DNA of 23,826 nucleotides from an uncultured virus (IMG/VR IMGVR_UViG_3300044490_000560). Taxonomy: Duplodnaviria; Heunggongvirae; Uroviricota; Caudoviricetes. The translations under genes and the position numbers were made by a program. Positions 9,127 to 17,709 of the stretch are shown here, one piece after another. The notes beneath the pieces were generated by a model that saw only the letters and a list, made by a program, of their open reading frames with translations, did not search any database and was not told the DNA's origin. Each line of letters begins with the position of its first letter. Position 1 is the first letter of the stretch. Where the stretch lies: IMG/VR virus record IMGVR_UViG_3300044490_000560, one strand, 5' to 3'.

Positions 9127-10949
9127 TCCGGCTCCGCACCCGGCTCATCCCCTTCGAGCGAGTCCAGCATGTACTCCGGCTCGGGAAGCGCCGGCCCCGG
9201 CGGCATGCCGGACGTCTGGTGCACCGTCGGCGCCACGGACTCCAGGACCGGCGCCGGGATCGATCCGTACGGCAGGATCCCCAGCCGCTCTTTCACCGCC
9301 AGAGCAGCCAGCGCACACGCATCCGTCAGGTTGGGGCTCCCCTTGAACCGGGCGATAAAAGGCTCTTTCGCCTCCAGCCGAAGCGGGGTCATCGGGTCCG
9401 TCGAAGTACCGCGCACCATGTACCGGCGCTGCACCAAGGCGTCCACCGCCCGCTGCGGCAGCCCGCGCACCATGCCGGCCCGGCAGAACTCCGCCAGCAC
9501 GAACCACGCTTCCGTCCCGCGATCCTTGACCCGCTGGCAGGCCGGCGTCGTGTCCAACGCCCGCAGCGGCACGTCCGACGCCCGATTGCTCGAGTTGATG
9601 TGCCCGCACCCCGGCCCCACGTAAATGTCGAGCGCGTCCGCCAACCCCTGGTTCCCGGAGCTGTCCACGTACATCAACCGCAACGCCGGCCCGCCATCCG
9701 CGTTGAGCCGCGCAATGACGCCATCCCGCAGCTGCTGGGTCACGGTCACCGAGGCCTTCAACGACAGGGGCAACTGCGTCACCCGGCCGGTGAAGTTCAG
9801 CAGCGGCCGCCCGTCCTGGAGGATCACTTCGCAGCCGGCGTAGATCGCCTCGTCGCCCGTCTCGGACCACGCGGGGTCCACCCCGACCGTCAGGCCGTAC
9901 CGGCTGCGCTCCCCCTGCATGGGGTCGTCCGGGGGCAGCGTCACCTTGTTGGCCGTCGCCACCAGCGGATCCAGGACCGTCGGCACCGTCCCCAGCGCCG
10001 GCCGCGGGAACCCGCGGATCATCTTGAAGAAGCGCGGGTGCGTTTCGTCACCCTGGCAAAGCTGCAACGCATCGTCGATTGCCGCCTTGGACATCAGGAA
10101 GTGCCACTCCTCCTGCATGTCCGGCCGCGCCAGCACAGGGGACTTCAGCCCGTCGAAATGCCGCACGAAATGCCCCGTCGCGGACGTCCACGACCCCGTC
10201 TCCACGGTGACCGTCACCCCCTTGGGCGGGTGGTAGAACACCGAGTTCGGCGACTCCCAGGGCTCCGGGTTCGCCGCCGTCACGCACTTGAAGCCGCGCG
10301 TGCCGATCCGGATGTTCGTGATGGTCGTCTTGAGGGCCTCCATGTCGCGCACCAGGCCCAGCTCGTCAATGAACAGATAGACCCACGGCACGTGCAGACC
10401 TTGAATGCGGCCCTCGTCCAGCGCGCGGCCCTGGATGGAGGCGCGCACGGACATCGTGGCCGCCTGCTCGAGATCCCGCTCGTTGACGATCGCGTAGGCG
10501 TTGTTCAACACCTTCCCCGGGATCGGCACGCCGGCCCGATTGTTCTTGACCTCCGTGAACAGCTGCACCATCGGCGCCCAGGCGCGGGTCTGCAGGTCCT
10601 TCAAGGTCGCCGAGCCGACCACCACGGCCGTATCGAACGGGTCGCACAGCCACATCGCCAGCCCGCAGGCCGACATGATGTGCGACTTGCCGCTCGAGCC
10701 GCAGCCGATCATGTCGTACATGTCGTGCAGGACGAAGTCGTGCACCATCGTCTGCGCCCACGGGGTCCAGCGAATGCTGGGGCAGAGCTCGCGCAGGGCC
10801 TCCTCCAGGCAGTCGCCCGGCGTGCTGGTGGCCCTCAGCCCATCCCGCTCGAGCAGCTTCCACTTCTTGGAGATCGTGATCGCCGCGAACGTGCGCGAGA
10901 ACTCGACCGGCCAGTCCAGGCCGAAATGCGTGACGTACGTCGCGGCCAC
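9123..10949 (-). CDS. terL: Phage terminase large subunit (608 aa)
   Basis: Walker A GCGSSGKS, Walker B YLFIDE, motif III AANP, RNase H-like nuclease VGVDPA and YVDSSG, C-terminal SPNLTDA (SPD-x-x-DA type). GTG start with GAGG RBS. Confidence 0.9.
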   Translation of the reverse strand: MAATYVTHFGLDWPVEFSRTFAAITISKKWKLLERDGLRATSTPGDCLEEALRELCPSIRWTPWAQTMVHDFVLHDMYDMIGCGSSGKSHIMSACGLAMWLCDPFDTAVVVGSATLKDLQTRAWAPMVQLFTEVKNNRAGVPIPGKVLNNAYAIVNERDLEQAATMSVRASIQGRALDEGRIQGLHVPWVYLFIDELGLVRDMEALKTTITNIRIGTRGFKCVTAANPEPWESPNSVFYHPPKGVTVTVETGSWTSATGHFVRHFDGLKSPVLARPDMQEEWHFLMSKAAIDDALQLCQGDETHPRFFKMIRGFPRPALGTVPTVLDPLVATANKVTLPPDDPMQGERSRYGLTVGVDPAWSETGDEAIYAGCEVILQDGRPLLNFTGRVTQLPLSLKASVTVTQQLRDGVIARLNADGGPALRLMYVDSSGNQGLADALDIYVGPGCGHINSSNRASDVPLRALDTTPACQRVKDRGTEAWFVLAEFCRAGMVRGLPQRAVDALVQRRYMVRGTSTDPMTPLRLEAKEPFIARFKGSPNLTDACALAALAVKERLGILPYGSIPAPVLESVAPTVHQTSGMPPGPALPEPEYMLDSLEGDEPGAEPD

Positions 10950-10952
10950 GGC

Positions 10953-11231
10953 CTACACCTCGACCGCGGCGGGGATCTCGTCCGCGTCGAGAAACACCAG
11001 CCGCTCCTTGTTCACGACGACTTCCCGGTCGGGAAACGGCGGCACCAGGACGCGGTCGCCGGCGTTCAGCTCCCCGGTGTACCCGGCCGGCAAGGCCTTC
11101 ACGATGCCGATCCGCAACGCTGAACGGTCGACGCGGCCGCGCAGAAACAGGCCGTGGATCTGCTCCACGGGCGGCGGAATCAGCACCAGGATCCGCCCCA
11201 TCACGGGACGGATGTTGACATCAGCGGTCAT
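10953..11231 (-). CDS. groES: GroES/Cpn10-like co-chaperonin (92 aa)
   Basis: MTADVNIRPVMGRILV...GLFL...GIVKAL...LNAGDRVLV...EVVVNKERLVFLDADEIPAAVE follows the GroES pattern (NIRPLxDRVxV...GIVL...GxVxAV...VKxGDxV...ExxxxxESDILAIVE). ATG 11231 is ATGA-coupled. Confidence 0.8.
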   Translation of the reverse strand: MTADVNIRPVMGRILVLIPPPVEQIHGLFLRGRVDRSALRIGIVKALPAGYTGELNAGDRVLVPPFPDREVVVNKERLVFLDADEIPAAVEV

Positions 11232-12400
11232 TGCGCCTTCTTCCTGGCATTCAGCGAGAAGTGCCCGCGGTAACCGGCCTCCGGCGACCAGAGGAATGCC
11301 TCGCTGGCGCGCCAGTTCAGCACGAACCCGTTGTCGAAGTGCCACTTGTCGGCGGCTGTCAGGCACGGCAACGACCGCACCCGCACGCCCATCTCCTCGT
11401 TAAGCGGCATGCTGTCCCAGACCGTCGCGCGGTGGATGTGCCCGACGTGCCATTCGTGCCACGTCGTCGCCGCCCAGTCGTGGGGCCGTTCGCCGGCCAT
11501 CAGCGCGCCCAGCCGTTCCGGTTTCAGGCCCTTGCTGGCCAGGTGCGTCAGGCCCAGCAGCACCTTCCCGCACCGCCAGTACTTGCGGCTGATCGGGTCG
11601 GCGTCGATCCGGAGGTTCGGGTGGTTGCGGAAGGCCAGGCGCATCGCCACGGCCAGATAGTAGTTGATGTCGCGGTCATGGTTGCCGGGCACGAACACCA
11701 GATCCACCGGCGCCACGGCCAGCAGCCGCTCGATGCCGCGGACCAGGGCGTAAGCGCCGACCTCGAAGATCTTGGCCGACCGGCCGTCCACGTCCAGTGG
11801 ATTCTCGGCGGTCGGCGTCGTGTTGCGCGCGTCGTTCACGTGGAAGAAGTCGTTCCCGATCGGAAGCAGCCAGCGCGTCACCCCGAACGGCGCCAACCAC
11901 GCCATGTGGTCCTCGAACGCGTGATCGTAGAACTGCTCGGCGATCCGCAGGTCGTAATCGTCCAGCGTCTCGCGGCGCCAGGACAGCTTGCCGAAGTGGT
12001 GGTCGTACAGCGCCAGCTCCACCACGTGCGGATCCTGGCAATGCCGGCGCGGCGCGGCCGGGAACTTCCGCGGCGAGAACTTCCGCAGGCGCTGCTCGAA
12101 CAGGTCGAACGCGTCCGAGATCGCCTCCGGCACCCGACGGCGCACCGTCACGGCCCAGACGTTGTTACGCACCTGCACCGGCTGCGAATGCCCGCGGCCC
12201 CGCTTGATGTTCAGCGTCATGTGCCACGAACCGGTCCGGACCTTCGTCACTTCCCAGATCGTGCGGTCCACGCCGGCCAGCCGCAGCGCCTCGTCGATCG
12301 TGATGGGGGTGGGAGAGACGACCCGGACCTCGCCGTTCTCCTGATTGAACGTCGCGTCCAACGCCATCTTAGGGGCTGCCAGATCCGTCAGCGTCGTCAT
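11228..12400 (-). CDS. Calcineurin-like metallophosphoesterase (390 aa), phage type
   Basis: Motifs D-H-H-F-G, GNDFFH, PGNHD, LTH and GHIH in canonical order; ATG 12400 with GGAG RBS. Confidence 0.88.
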   Translation of the reverse strand: MTTLTDLAAPKMALDATFNQENGEVRVVSPTPITIDEALRLAGVDRTIWEVTKVRTGSWHMTLNIKRGRGHSQPVQVRNNVWAVTVRRRVPEAISDAFDLFEQRLRKFSPRKFPAAPRRHCQDPHVVELALYDHHFGKLSWRRETLDDYDLRIAEQFYDHAFEDHMAWLAPFGVTRWLLPIGNDFFHVNDARNTTPTAENPLDVDGRSAKIFEVGAYALVRGIERLLAVAPVDLVFVPGNHDRDINYYLAVAMRLAFRNHPNLRIDADPISRKYWRCGKVLLGLTHLASKGLKPERLGALMAGERPHDWAATTWHEWHVGHIHRATVWDSMPLNEEMGVRVRSLPCLTAADKWHFDNGFVLNWRASEAFLWSPEAGYRGHFSLNARKKAQ

Positions 12401-12402
12401 GC

Positions 12403-12711
12403 CTATCTCCGTTCCTTGTACCGACAGGTCGGGTACTGCTTCAAGTACGCCGCGATCGTCCGCGAGCTGCCGTACACCAGCCGCCCGGCGCCCGCAAGAT
12501 CCCACGCCCGGCGGGAAACCAGCTCCGGTTCGCTCCGCGCGTGCGAGAACGCCGACATGCCGAGCTGAGCCATTGCGGCTGCTTCCCGGCTCGTCCACAG
12601 CGTCCCGAACTCCGTCGCATCCAGCTTCGCAATCAGCCGCGTCACCGCGATCGGCACCCGCCGGTTGGCGTTGACCACCAGCCTCGGACTTCCACCGAAC
12701 TTGAACACCAT
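12403..12711 (-). CDS. Hypothetical basic protein (102 aa), possibly DNA-binding
   Basis: AAGGA RBS; ends 2 nt before the phosphoesterase start; TSREAAAMAQLG is weakly HTH-like. Confidence 0.7.
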   Translation of the reverse strand: MVFKFGGSPRLVVNANRRVPIAVTRLIAKLDATEFGTLWTSREAAAMAQLGMSAFSHARSEPELVSRRAWDLAGAGRLVYGSSRTIAAYLKQYPTCRYKERR

Positions 12712-12746
12712 CGTGTCTTCCTTTCGCCGCCTCTACCCATCGAAAC

Positions 12747-12770
12747 GCCGGCCCGGAGGCGCGGGCCGGC
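12747..12770 (-). terminator. GC-rich hairpin, possible weak terminator
   Basis: GCCGGCCCG-GAGGCG-CGGGCCGGC, a 9-bp stem right after the 12774 stop; only GTTTC follows on the minus strand. Confidence 0.4.
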
Positions 12771-12773
12771 CCC

Positions 12774-13328
12774 TTACGGATTGATCGACACCCGGCCAAG
12801 CCGGTTCGATACCACGGAGATGACCTGCGCGATGTCACGCTCCAGCGCCGCGCGCTCCTGGCGGGCCAGGTACTGGTTGGCCAGCAACAGCGTCACCACG
12901 CCAAGCACGGCGCCGACCACCAGCACCGCCTGCCAAGAGTAGAACTTCAACCATCCGGCGGCCAGCACGGGCCGGGTAGACTCCGCCGAGGCTACCAGCT
13001 GCGCCGCGACGGCCGGCGCTTCGGCTGCGGCGCCGACGTGCGCCAGGGCCCCCAGCTCATGCCGATCGTAGGCCTGCCGCACCGGGCAACTCCGCGCCAT
13101 CTGCTCCACCAGATGCGCGTGCCGGGCCGGCTCGTTCAGCTTCTCCCGCATGAGGAAGAAGGTTAACGACCCGGTCAGTTCGCGCAGGTCCTGAATCGGA
13201 TCCTCCGATCCGTTGGTCGCCTTCTCGGCAGCCGTCAGCACCGAATGCACCATGTCGTGATCGGGCTTGGTGACGTCCACCACTTTCAGCAGCCCGGCGA
13301 TCTGCTCGTGCGACGGAACGGAGGGCAT
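12774..13328 (-). CDS. Membrane protein with one C-terminal TM helix (184 aa); holin or antiholin candidate
   Basis: AGGAG RBS before ATG 13328 (MPSVPSHEQ...); TM segment WQAVLVVGAVLGVVTLLLA; adjacent to the NlpC/P60 gene. Confidence 0.7.
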   Translation of the reverse strand: MPSVPSHEQIAGLLKVVDVTKPDHDMVHSVLTAAEKATNGSEDPIQDLRELTGSLTFFLMREKLNEPARHAHLVEQMARSCPVRQAYDRHELGALAHVGAAAEAPAVAAQLVASAESTRPVLAAGWLKFYSWQAVLVVGAVLGVVTLLLANQYLARQERAALERDIAQVISVVSNRLGRVSINP

Positions 13329-13338
13329 GCGAGATCTC

Positions 13339-14013
13339 CTACCCGGGGCGGATCGGCTGCTGTCCGGCGACCATACGCTCGACCAGCACCCGCCCACTCT
13401 CAGGCGTGACCGCATCATACGCCTTATGAACCCCATCCCGCAAGTCGCAAATGACCACAGGCGCATTTTCATCATCCCCGCCGCCCAAGGCCCGCGCCAT
13501 CAACTCGGAGCAGGTCACGGCGTTTGGTGAATACTTGACCGGGCGGCCCCACAACTCGAAGGCCGCCTGCTGCAACAGCTGCCACGTCCCGTACGTCTTG
13601 AAACCGACGCACGAGTCGAGGTAGTCGACCACCCGCTGCGTGTCGAGATCGTTGTACGCGAAGAACACGGGCTCCAGCGGCTGCACCCAGAGACGCGACG
13701 CCCCCTGCTCGGCGACGAACAAGGAGAACCGCAACATGGCGACACGGCGCATGACCGTGTTCTTGTCGATGTCAGCCTCCCAGACGCAAGCGCCCTCCAC
13801 ACCGTTGCGCACCCACTGCAGGCCCACGCCCACGTGACTGCAGCGGGCCATCTTGAACCGGCGCGCCAGCCAGGTCTCCCCCGGCTTGGGCGGCGCGTCC
13901 CGGCCCGTCAGGAACCGGATCGGCCCGCTCCACCAGGCCCGGCTGGTCATGGAGAAGACGAACAGGCGCGGCTGGCCGTCTTCCAGCGGTGGCAGAAAGT
14001 CACGCAGCGTCAT
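13339..14013 (-). CDS. Permuted papain-like NlpC/P60 (YiiX/YebB-type) cysteine hydrolase (224 aa)
   Basis: His before Cys: SHVGV...VWEA...Y...CSELMARAL...VTP, the signature order of the permuted family. Confidence 0.75.
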   Translation of the reverse strand: MTLRDFLPPLEDGQPRLFVFSMTSRAWWSGPIRFLTGRDAPPKPGETWLARRFKMARCSHVGVGLQWVRNGVEGACVWEADIDKNTVMRRVAMLRFSLFVAEQGASRLWVQPLEPVFFAYNDLDTQRVVDYLDSCVGFKTYGTWQLLQQAAFELWGRPVKYSPNAVTCSELMARALGGGDDENAPVVICDLRDGVHKAYDAVTPESGRVLVERMVAGQQPIRPG

Positions 14014-14023
14014 CGGTCACCCC

Positions 14024-14224
14024 CTACTTGAACGGAATCGTCGCCGTCGTCGCGGGACTCGCCCCGCCTTCGACGGTCAGCTCCACATTGGTCGCCGCCC
14101 CAGTGGCGACGAACCGCGAACTGAACAGGACCAACGACGCGACACTGTTAGGTGCCCGCGCCTGAATACAACCGCCCAGAAGCAGGGTCACGAAGAAGCC
14201 GAGCACCACGTAGCCTGTACTCAC
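14024..14224 (-). CDS. Small lipoprotein (66 aa)
   Basis: GTG start overlapping the upstream stop (GTGA); hydrophobic stretch ending in lipobox LLGG-C. Confidence 0.7.
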   Translation of the reverse strand: MSTGYVVLGFFVTLLLGGCIQARAPNSVASLVLFSSRFVATGAATNVELTVEGGASPATTATIPFK

Positions 14225-14340
14225 GGATTTCTCCCGTGGCGCCAGTCGTCGACCGCGATCCAGACCGCGATCCCGACACCCAGCGCGACCACGACCACTA
14301 TCGCCACCGCGGTCAGACCGTTGCCGATCGCTTCATTCAT
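14221..14340 (-). CDS. Small single-TM protein (39 aa), absent from the ORF track
   Basis: AAAGGA RBS; MNEAIGNGLTAVAIVVVVALGVGIAVWIAVDDWRHGRNP*; exactly fills the gap and couples to the lipoprotein. Confidence 0.75.
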   Translation of the reverse strand: MNEAIGNGLTAVAIVVVVALGVGIAVWIAVDDWRHGRNP

Positions 14341-14364
14341 GGCGATCCTTTCCGCCGCGGCTTA

Positions 14365-14799
14365 CTACCTTCGGCCGGTCACTTCGGCCACGAGCCGGGC
14401 CCGCGCCCGGCGCACCATCAGCGTATGCAGCGCGTTGAAGTAGTTCGTCGTCACCGACGCGCTCACCCCGGCCTCGACCGCAGCATCGAGCAGGTCGGCC
14501 TGCGAAATGTGGATGGGGCGCAGCTCACGCTCCCGACGATTGCTGAGCGCGGTCACCTGCACCGTCCAGACCCTGTTGCTCACGCCGTACGACAGCCCGT
14601 CGCAGCGAATGCTGTCGAACACAGTGATGTTGGTCACGACCCGGTCCTGGAACGTGAACACGCGCTCCCAACGCACGGGGTTGATCGCGGAGTTGGTGGG
14701 GACCGTGACGTAGCGGTTCCCCTGCGCGGAGGCGCCGAAGGCGCACAGCCCCAGCGCGACAACCAGCGCACACTTGATCGGCAGTCTGTTCCGGATCAT
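14365..14799 (-). CDS. Secreted-type hypothetical protein (144 aa)
   Basis: Signal peptide MIRNRLPIKCALVVALGLCAFGASA-Q; AGGT RBS. Confidence 0.75.
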   Translation of the reverse strand: MIRNRLPIKCALVVALGLCAFGASAQGNRYVTVPTNSAINPVRWERVFTFQDRVVTNITVFDSIRCDGLSYGVSNRVWTVQVTALSNRRERELRPIHISQADLLDAAVEAGVSASVTTNYFNALHTLMVRRARARLVAEVTGRR

Positions 14800-14806
14800 C
14801 TGGCAC

Positions 14807-16360
14807 CTACTTTCCGCGCAGGCTCACGCCGCGCAATTCACACGGTTCCGTCCCAGGGTACGTCACACGCAGCACGAGCGACGTCCCGGCCGTCGCGCTC
14901 GTGGCGGCGGCCCAGTAGCGCCGGGCGAAGGGATTGCCGGAACTCCCGCCCGTCGCCTGCGTCCACGTCGCCCCGTTGTCCACCGACACCCAGTTCGTGA
15001 GGCCGCTCAACGCATTCGTCGACTGCAGCCAGTAGCAGGCGACCACGTTGGAGACACCGAAGGCCGTGTAGTAGGGGGCGCTGCGGTACGTCCAGTTGGT
15101 TCCATCGCCCCGCAAGCCCACCGGACTCGTCGCCCAGTTCGCCGTTTCGAGCGTCCACGTTCCGCCATGCAGGCCCAACGTGTCGGCGACCGTCAGACCC
15201 GCCCCCTCATTCATCGCCCAATGACCCATCACGCCAGTCCACAGCGGATCCTGCGCGTCGTACGGCCGGCCGCGCCCGCCGCCGTACAGGTTCTGAATGT
15301 CCTTGGCCGTCAAGGCGCGGCGCCACATCGCCACATCATCCACTTCGCCGCCCATCACGTTGGCCAGATCGTCAGTGCGACCGATGATCCACTTCTGAAT
15401 CACGGAAACCGATGGGTTTCTCGCGCGATCCCGCGTAGAATTCACGGAGGCCAACCCGATACGCCGACCGTCGAAGTAGTAGTCCAATGAGAATGTGGCA
15501 CGGCAGAACACATACGCGCAATGATGCCAAGTCTCGCCACCATCCAGCCCCCACATCTCAGCACCGCCCTGCGTTGTCCCGCCGTTCAGATAGTACATCG
15601 CCTGATTCCCATCCAGCCCGTGCAGCATGGGCATCAGCCCAGGCCCCCAGTCGCCGAAAATCACTCCGCCGGTATCGCCTGCATTCTCCCGGCTGGCGGA
15701 ACTGGCCAACGGACACCCGTAGGTCAAGCCGATGTGCGCAGCCGGAACTCGCAACCAAAACGACACGGTACACTCTTCGTTGGTGAGGTCAAGCAGCGTG
15801 TCGGTGTATGGAATGTCGATCGAATGGGTCCCCAACCCGTCGAAGGCCGCACACGACCCAATCGCGTTGGTGTAGTTCACCATGCCGAACCGGCCGCAGT
15901 ACACAAGCCCCGTCGTGCCGGACGCATCCACGATCGAATCTTCAACGCCGGCGTCGATCCAGCCGTCCGGGAGTTTCAGCACAGGCTCAGACACCGTGCG
16001 CCAGAACTGCTCAGCCTCCGTCATGGAGGCGACGACAAACGGCGTCGTGGCCTGCACGGCGGCCTTCCATTCGGCGCGCCACACGGTACCACTGGAGCCA
16101 AGCTCCGATGTACCCTCCGCGCGCCAGACCGCGCCGCTTCCACCGAGGGTGGAGCCGACGAGGTTCGTGACGTAGTCGTACGTGGGACGCCCCAGGATGC
16201 CGTTGATCACCCACTTGAGCGCGGCGAAACCGTGCGGATCCGCCGTCGTCCAGACCTTGGCGCTCTTCGGGGCATACGGCAGATCGGCGGGCGGATCCGC
16301 CCGCCCGACCGCCGAAAGGCCCAGAACACCCATCACCATCGCTGCCATGATCCGCTTCAT
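14807..16360 (-). CDS. Signal-peptide protein with LamG/concanavalin A-like jelly-roll domain (517 aa); candidate adhesin or receptor-binding protein
   Basis: GGAGGAG RBS; TVSFWLR...WHHCAYVF...YFDG...IIG...GEVDDVAMWRRALTAKDIQNLY...GHWAMNEG is the LamG_3 pattern. Confidence 0.85.
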   Translation of the reverse strand: MKRIMAAMVMGVLGLSAVGRADPPADLPYAPKSAKVWTTADPHGFAALKWVINGILGRPTYDYVTNLVGSTLGGSGAVWRAEGTSELGSSGTVWRAEWKAAVQATTPFVVASMTEAEQFWRTVSEPVLKLPDGWIDAGVEDSIVDASGTTGLVYCGRFGMVNYTNAIGSCAAFDGLGTHSIDIPYTDTLLDLTNEECTVSFWLRVPAAHIGLTYGCPLASSASRENAGDTGGVIFGDWGPGLMPMLHGLDGNQAMYYLNGGTTQGGAEMWGLDGGETWHHCAYVFCRATFSLDYYFDGRRIGLASVNSTRDRARNPSVSVIQKWIIGRTDDLANVMGGEVDDVAMWRRALTAKDIQNLYGGGRGRPYDAQDPLWTGVMGHWAMNEGAGLTVADTLGLHGGTWTLETANWATSPVGLRGDGTNWTYRSAPYYTAFGVSNVVACYWLQSTNALSGLTNWVSVDNGATWTQATGGSSGNPFARRYWAAATSATAGTSLVLRVTYPGTEPCELRGVSLRGK

Positions 16361-16374
16361 TGTCTCTCCTCCGT

Positions 16375-17403
16375 TTACGGTGTGGACGGTACAGGAAGCC
16401 CATACGCCTGGTAATGAAGATCCGACGACACCAGGTCGATCGCCCCGCCGGTATCCGCCGCGTCATTGCCCAGTCTCGACAGTCTCCACCGCAGCACGCT
16501 GGAAAAGGTCTTGCCCGTGCCTGAAAGCCCCTCAGCCGGAATCGTCACGATCCTGTGCCGGAACTGCGTGCCGACCAGGTCGACGTTGGTGACGGTGACG
16601 GACGTGCTCGCGGGGAAGACGCCGCCGATATTCGCCCACGAATAAACGAACTGCCAGACCGATGTGTTCGGCCCGGCCGTATGGTTCTGCTTGTGGAAGT
16701 GCGGATAGACGACCGTGTTGGACACCCACGCATGCGGCAACTGCCACTCCGACCCCGCCACGGTCGTGCCATCGGCGGAAAAGCGCAGCGCGATCTGGTC
16801 GCTTGACGGCCCCGAGTCGATCTCGAACGATGCGGCAGCCGGTTGGCCGGGCAGGTTCATGCCGCTCGGGGTGATCCGCAGATCCTCCCAGCGATTGGAC
16901 GAAGAGACGTTGCCGTTGTCGCCGATCACGATCGAGCTCAGCCCCACAGTATCGTTCGTCCACGATTTCGGCAGCCGCGCCTCCGCGTTCGTATAGGCGT
17001 TCGTCGCGCCGGCCTGCCATTCCGCACGCCACACGGTACCACTGGAGCCGAGCTCCGAGGTACCCTCCGCACGCCACACGGTACCACTGGAGCCGAGCTC
17101 CGAGGTACCCTCCGCACGCCACACGGTACCACTGGCGCCGAGCTCCGCGGTCCCTTCGGCGCGCCACACGGCGCCGCTCGCGCCGAGGGCGGACGCATTG
17201 AGGTTGGAGGCCGCGGCATACGTGGGCCGACCCAGGATCCCGTTGATCACCCACTTGAGGGCCGCGAAGCCATGAGGGTCCGCCGCCGTCCAGACCTTGG
17301 CGCTCTTCGGGGCAAACGGCAGATCGGCGGGCGGATCCGCCCGCCCGCCCGCCGCGAGACTCAGCACGCCCGCCAACACTGATAACCTCCATGCGTTCTT
17401 CAT
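16375..17403 (-). CDS. Signal-peptide protein (342 aa) sharing its N-terminal module with the LamG protein
   Basis: MKNAWRLSVLAGVLSLAAGGRA-DPPADLPFAPKSAKVW...; 15-aa repeats; different beta-rich C-terminal domain. Confidence 0.82.
   Translation of the reverse strand: MKNAWRLSVLAGVLSLAAGGRADPPADLPFAPKSAKVWTAADPHGFAALKWVINGILGRPTYAAASNLNASALGASGAVWRAEGTAELGASGTVWRAEGTSELGSSGTVWRAEGTSELGSSGTVWRAEWQAGATNAYTNAEARLPKSWTNDTVGLSSIVIGDNGNVSSSNRWEDLRITPSGMNLPGQPAAASFEIDSGPSSDQIALRFSADGTTVAGSEWQLPHAWVSNTVVYPHFHKQNHTAGPNTSVWQFVYSWANIGGVFPASTSVTVTNVDLVGTQFRHRIVTIPAEGLSGTGKTFSSVLRWRLSRLGNDAADTGGAIDLVSSDLHYQAYGLPVPSTP
17021..17188 (-). repeat. 45-bp tandem repeat (~3.7 copies) encoding LGSSGTVWRAEGTSE
   Basis: Units start at 17021, 17066, 17111 and 17156 (first two identical). 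About two copies occur in the paralog at ~16071-16148. Confidence 0.92.
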
Positions 17404-17446
17404 GAAAAGGCCTCTTCGACCCATCCCGAAGCGACGTAACGGCGGT

Positions 17447-17476
17447 ACTCTACCACGTCCGGGGCCGCGCCGTCAA
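17447..17476 (-). promoter_or_regulatory. Putative sigma70-type promoter with extended -10
   Basis: Minus strand TTGACG-N18-TAGAGT with TGG before the -10; the -35 overlaps the upstream stop codon. Confidence 0.6.
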
Positions 17477-17706
17477 CGCCCCTTTCGCCCGCGGCCCACC
17501 GGGACGGGGTCGCCGTCCGCGGCCGTCAGATCATCCTCGCTGAACACGGGCCGGCCCGTCGCGGTAAGCAGCGGGTAGTGCCGCAGGCACGCCGCGGCCT
17601 CCCGGCGGATCACCTTGGCGGCCCGGGGCCTGGCGGGGGTCATGAGAAGCCGCAGGAACTCCCGGGTGCGCAACAGCGCCTGGAACTGCTCGTAACGCAG
17701 GCTCAT
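17473..17706 (-). CDS. BPSL0761-family-like small protein (77 aa)
   Basis: MSLRYEQFQALLRTREFLRLL...IRREAAACLRHYP matches my recollection of the family pattern (E-x-x-x-A-x-x-x-T-R-E-F-L...IRRxAxxxLRHYP); AAGGAG RBS. Confidence 0.7.
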   Translation of the reverse strand: MSLRYEQFQALLRTREFLRLLMTPARPRAAKVIRREAAACLRHYPLLTATGRPVFSEDDLTAADGDPVPVGRGRKGR

Positions 17707-17709
17707 GAG

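Noticed and set aside
2371..13475. Track start positions 3480, 3560, 6614, 11366, 12838 and 13475
   Set aside because: They extend deep into neighbouring genes; internal starts with RBS or ATGA coupling (2946, 3449, 6032, 11231, 12400, 13328) tile cleanly.
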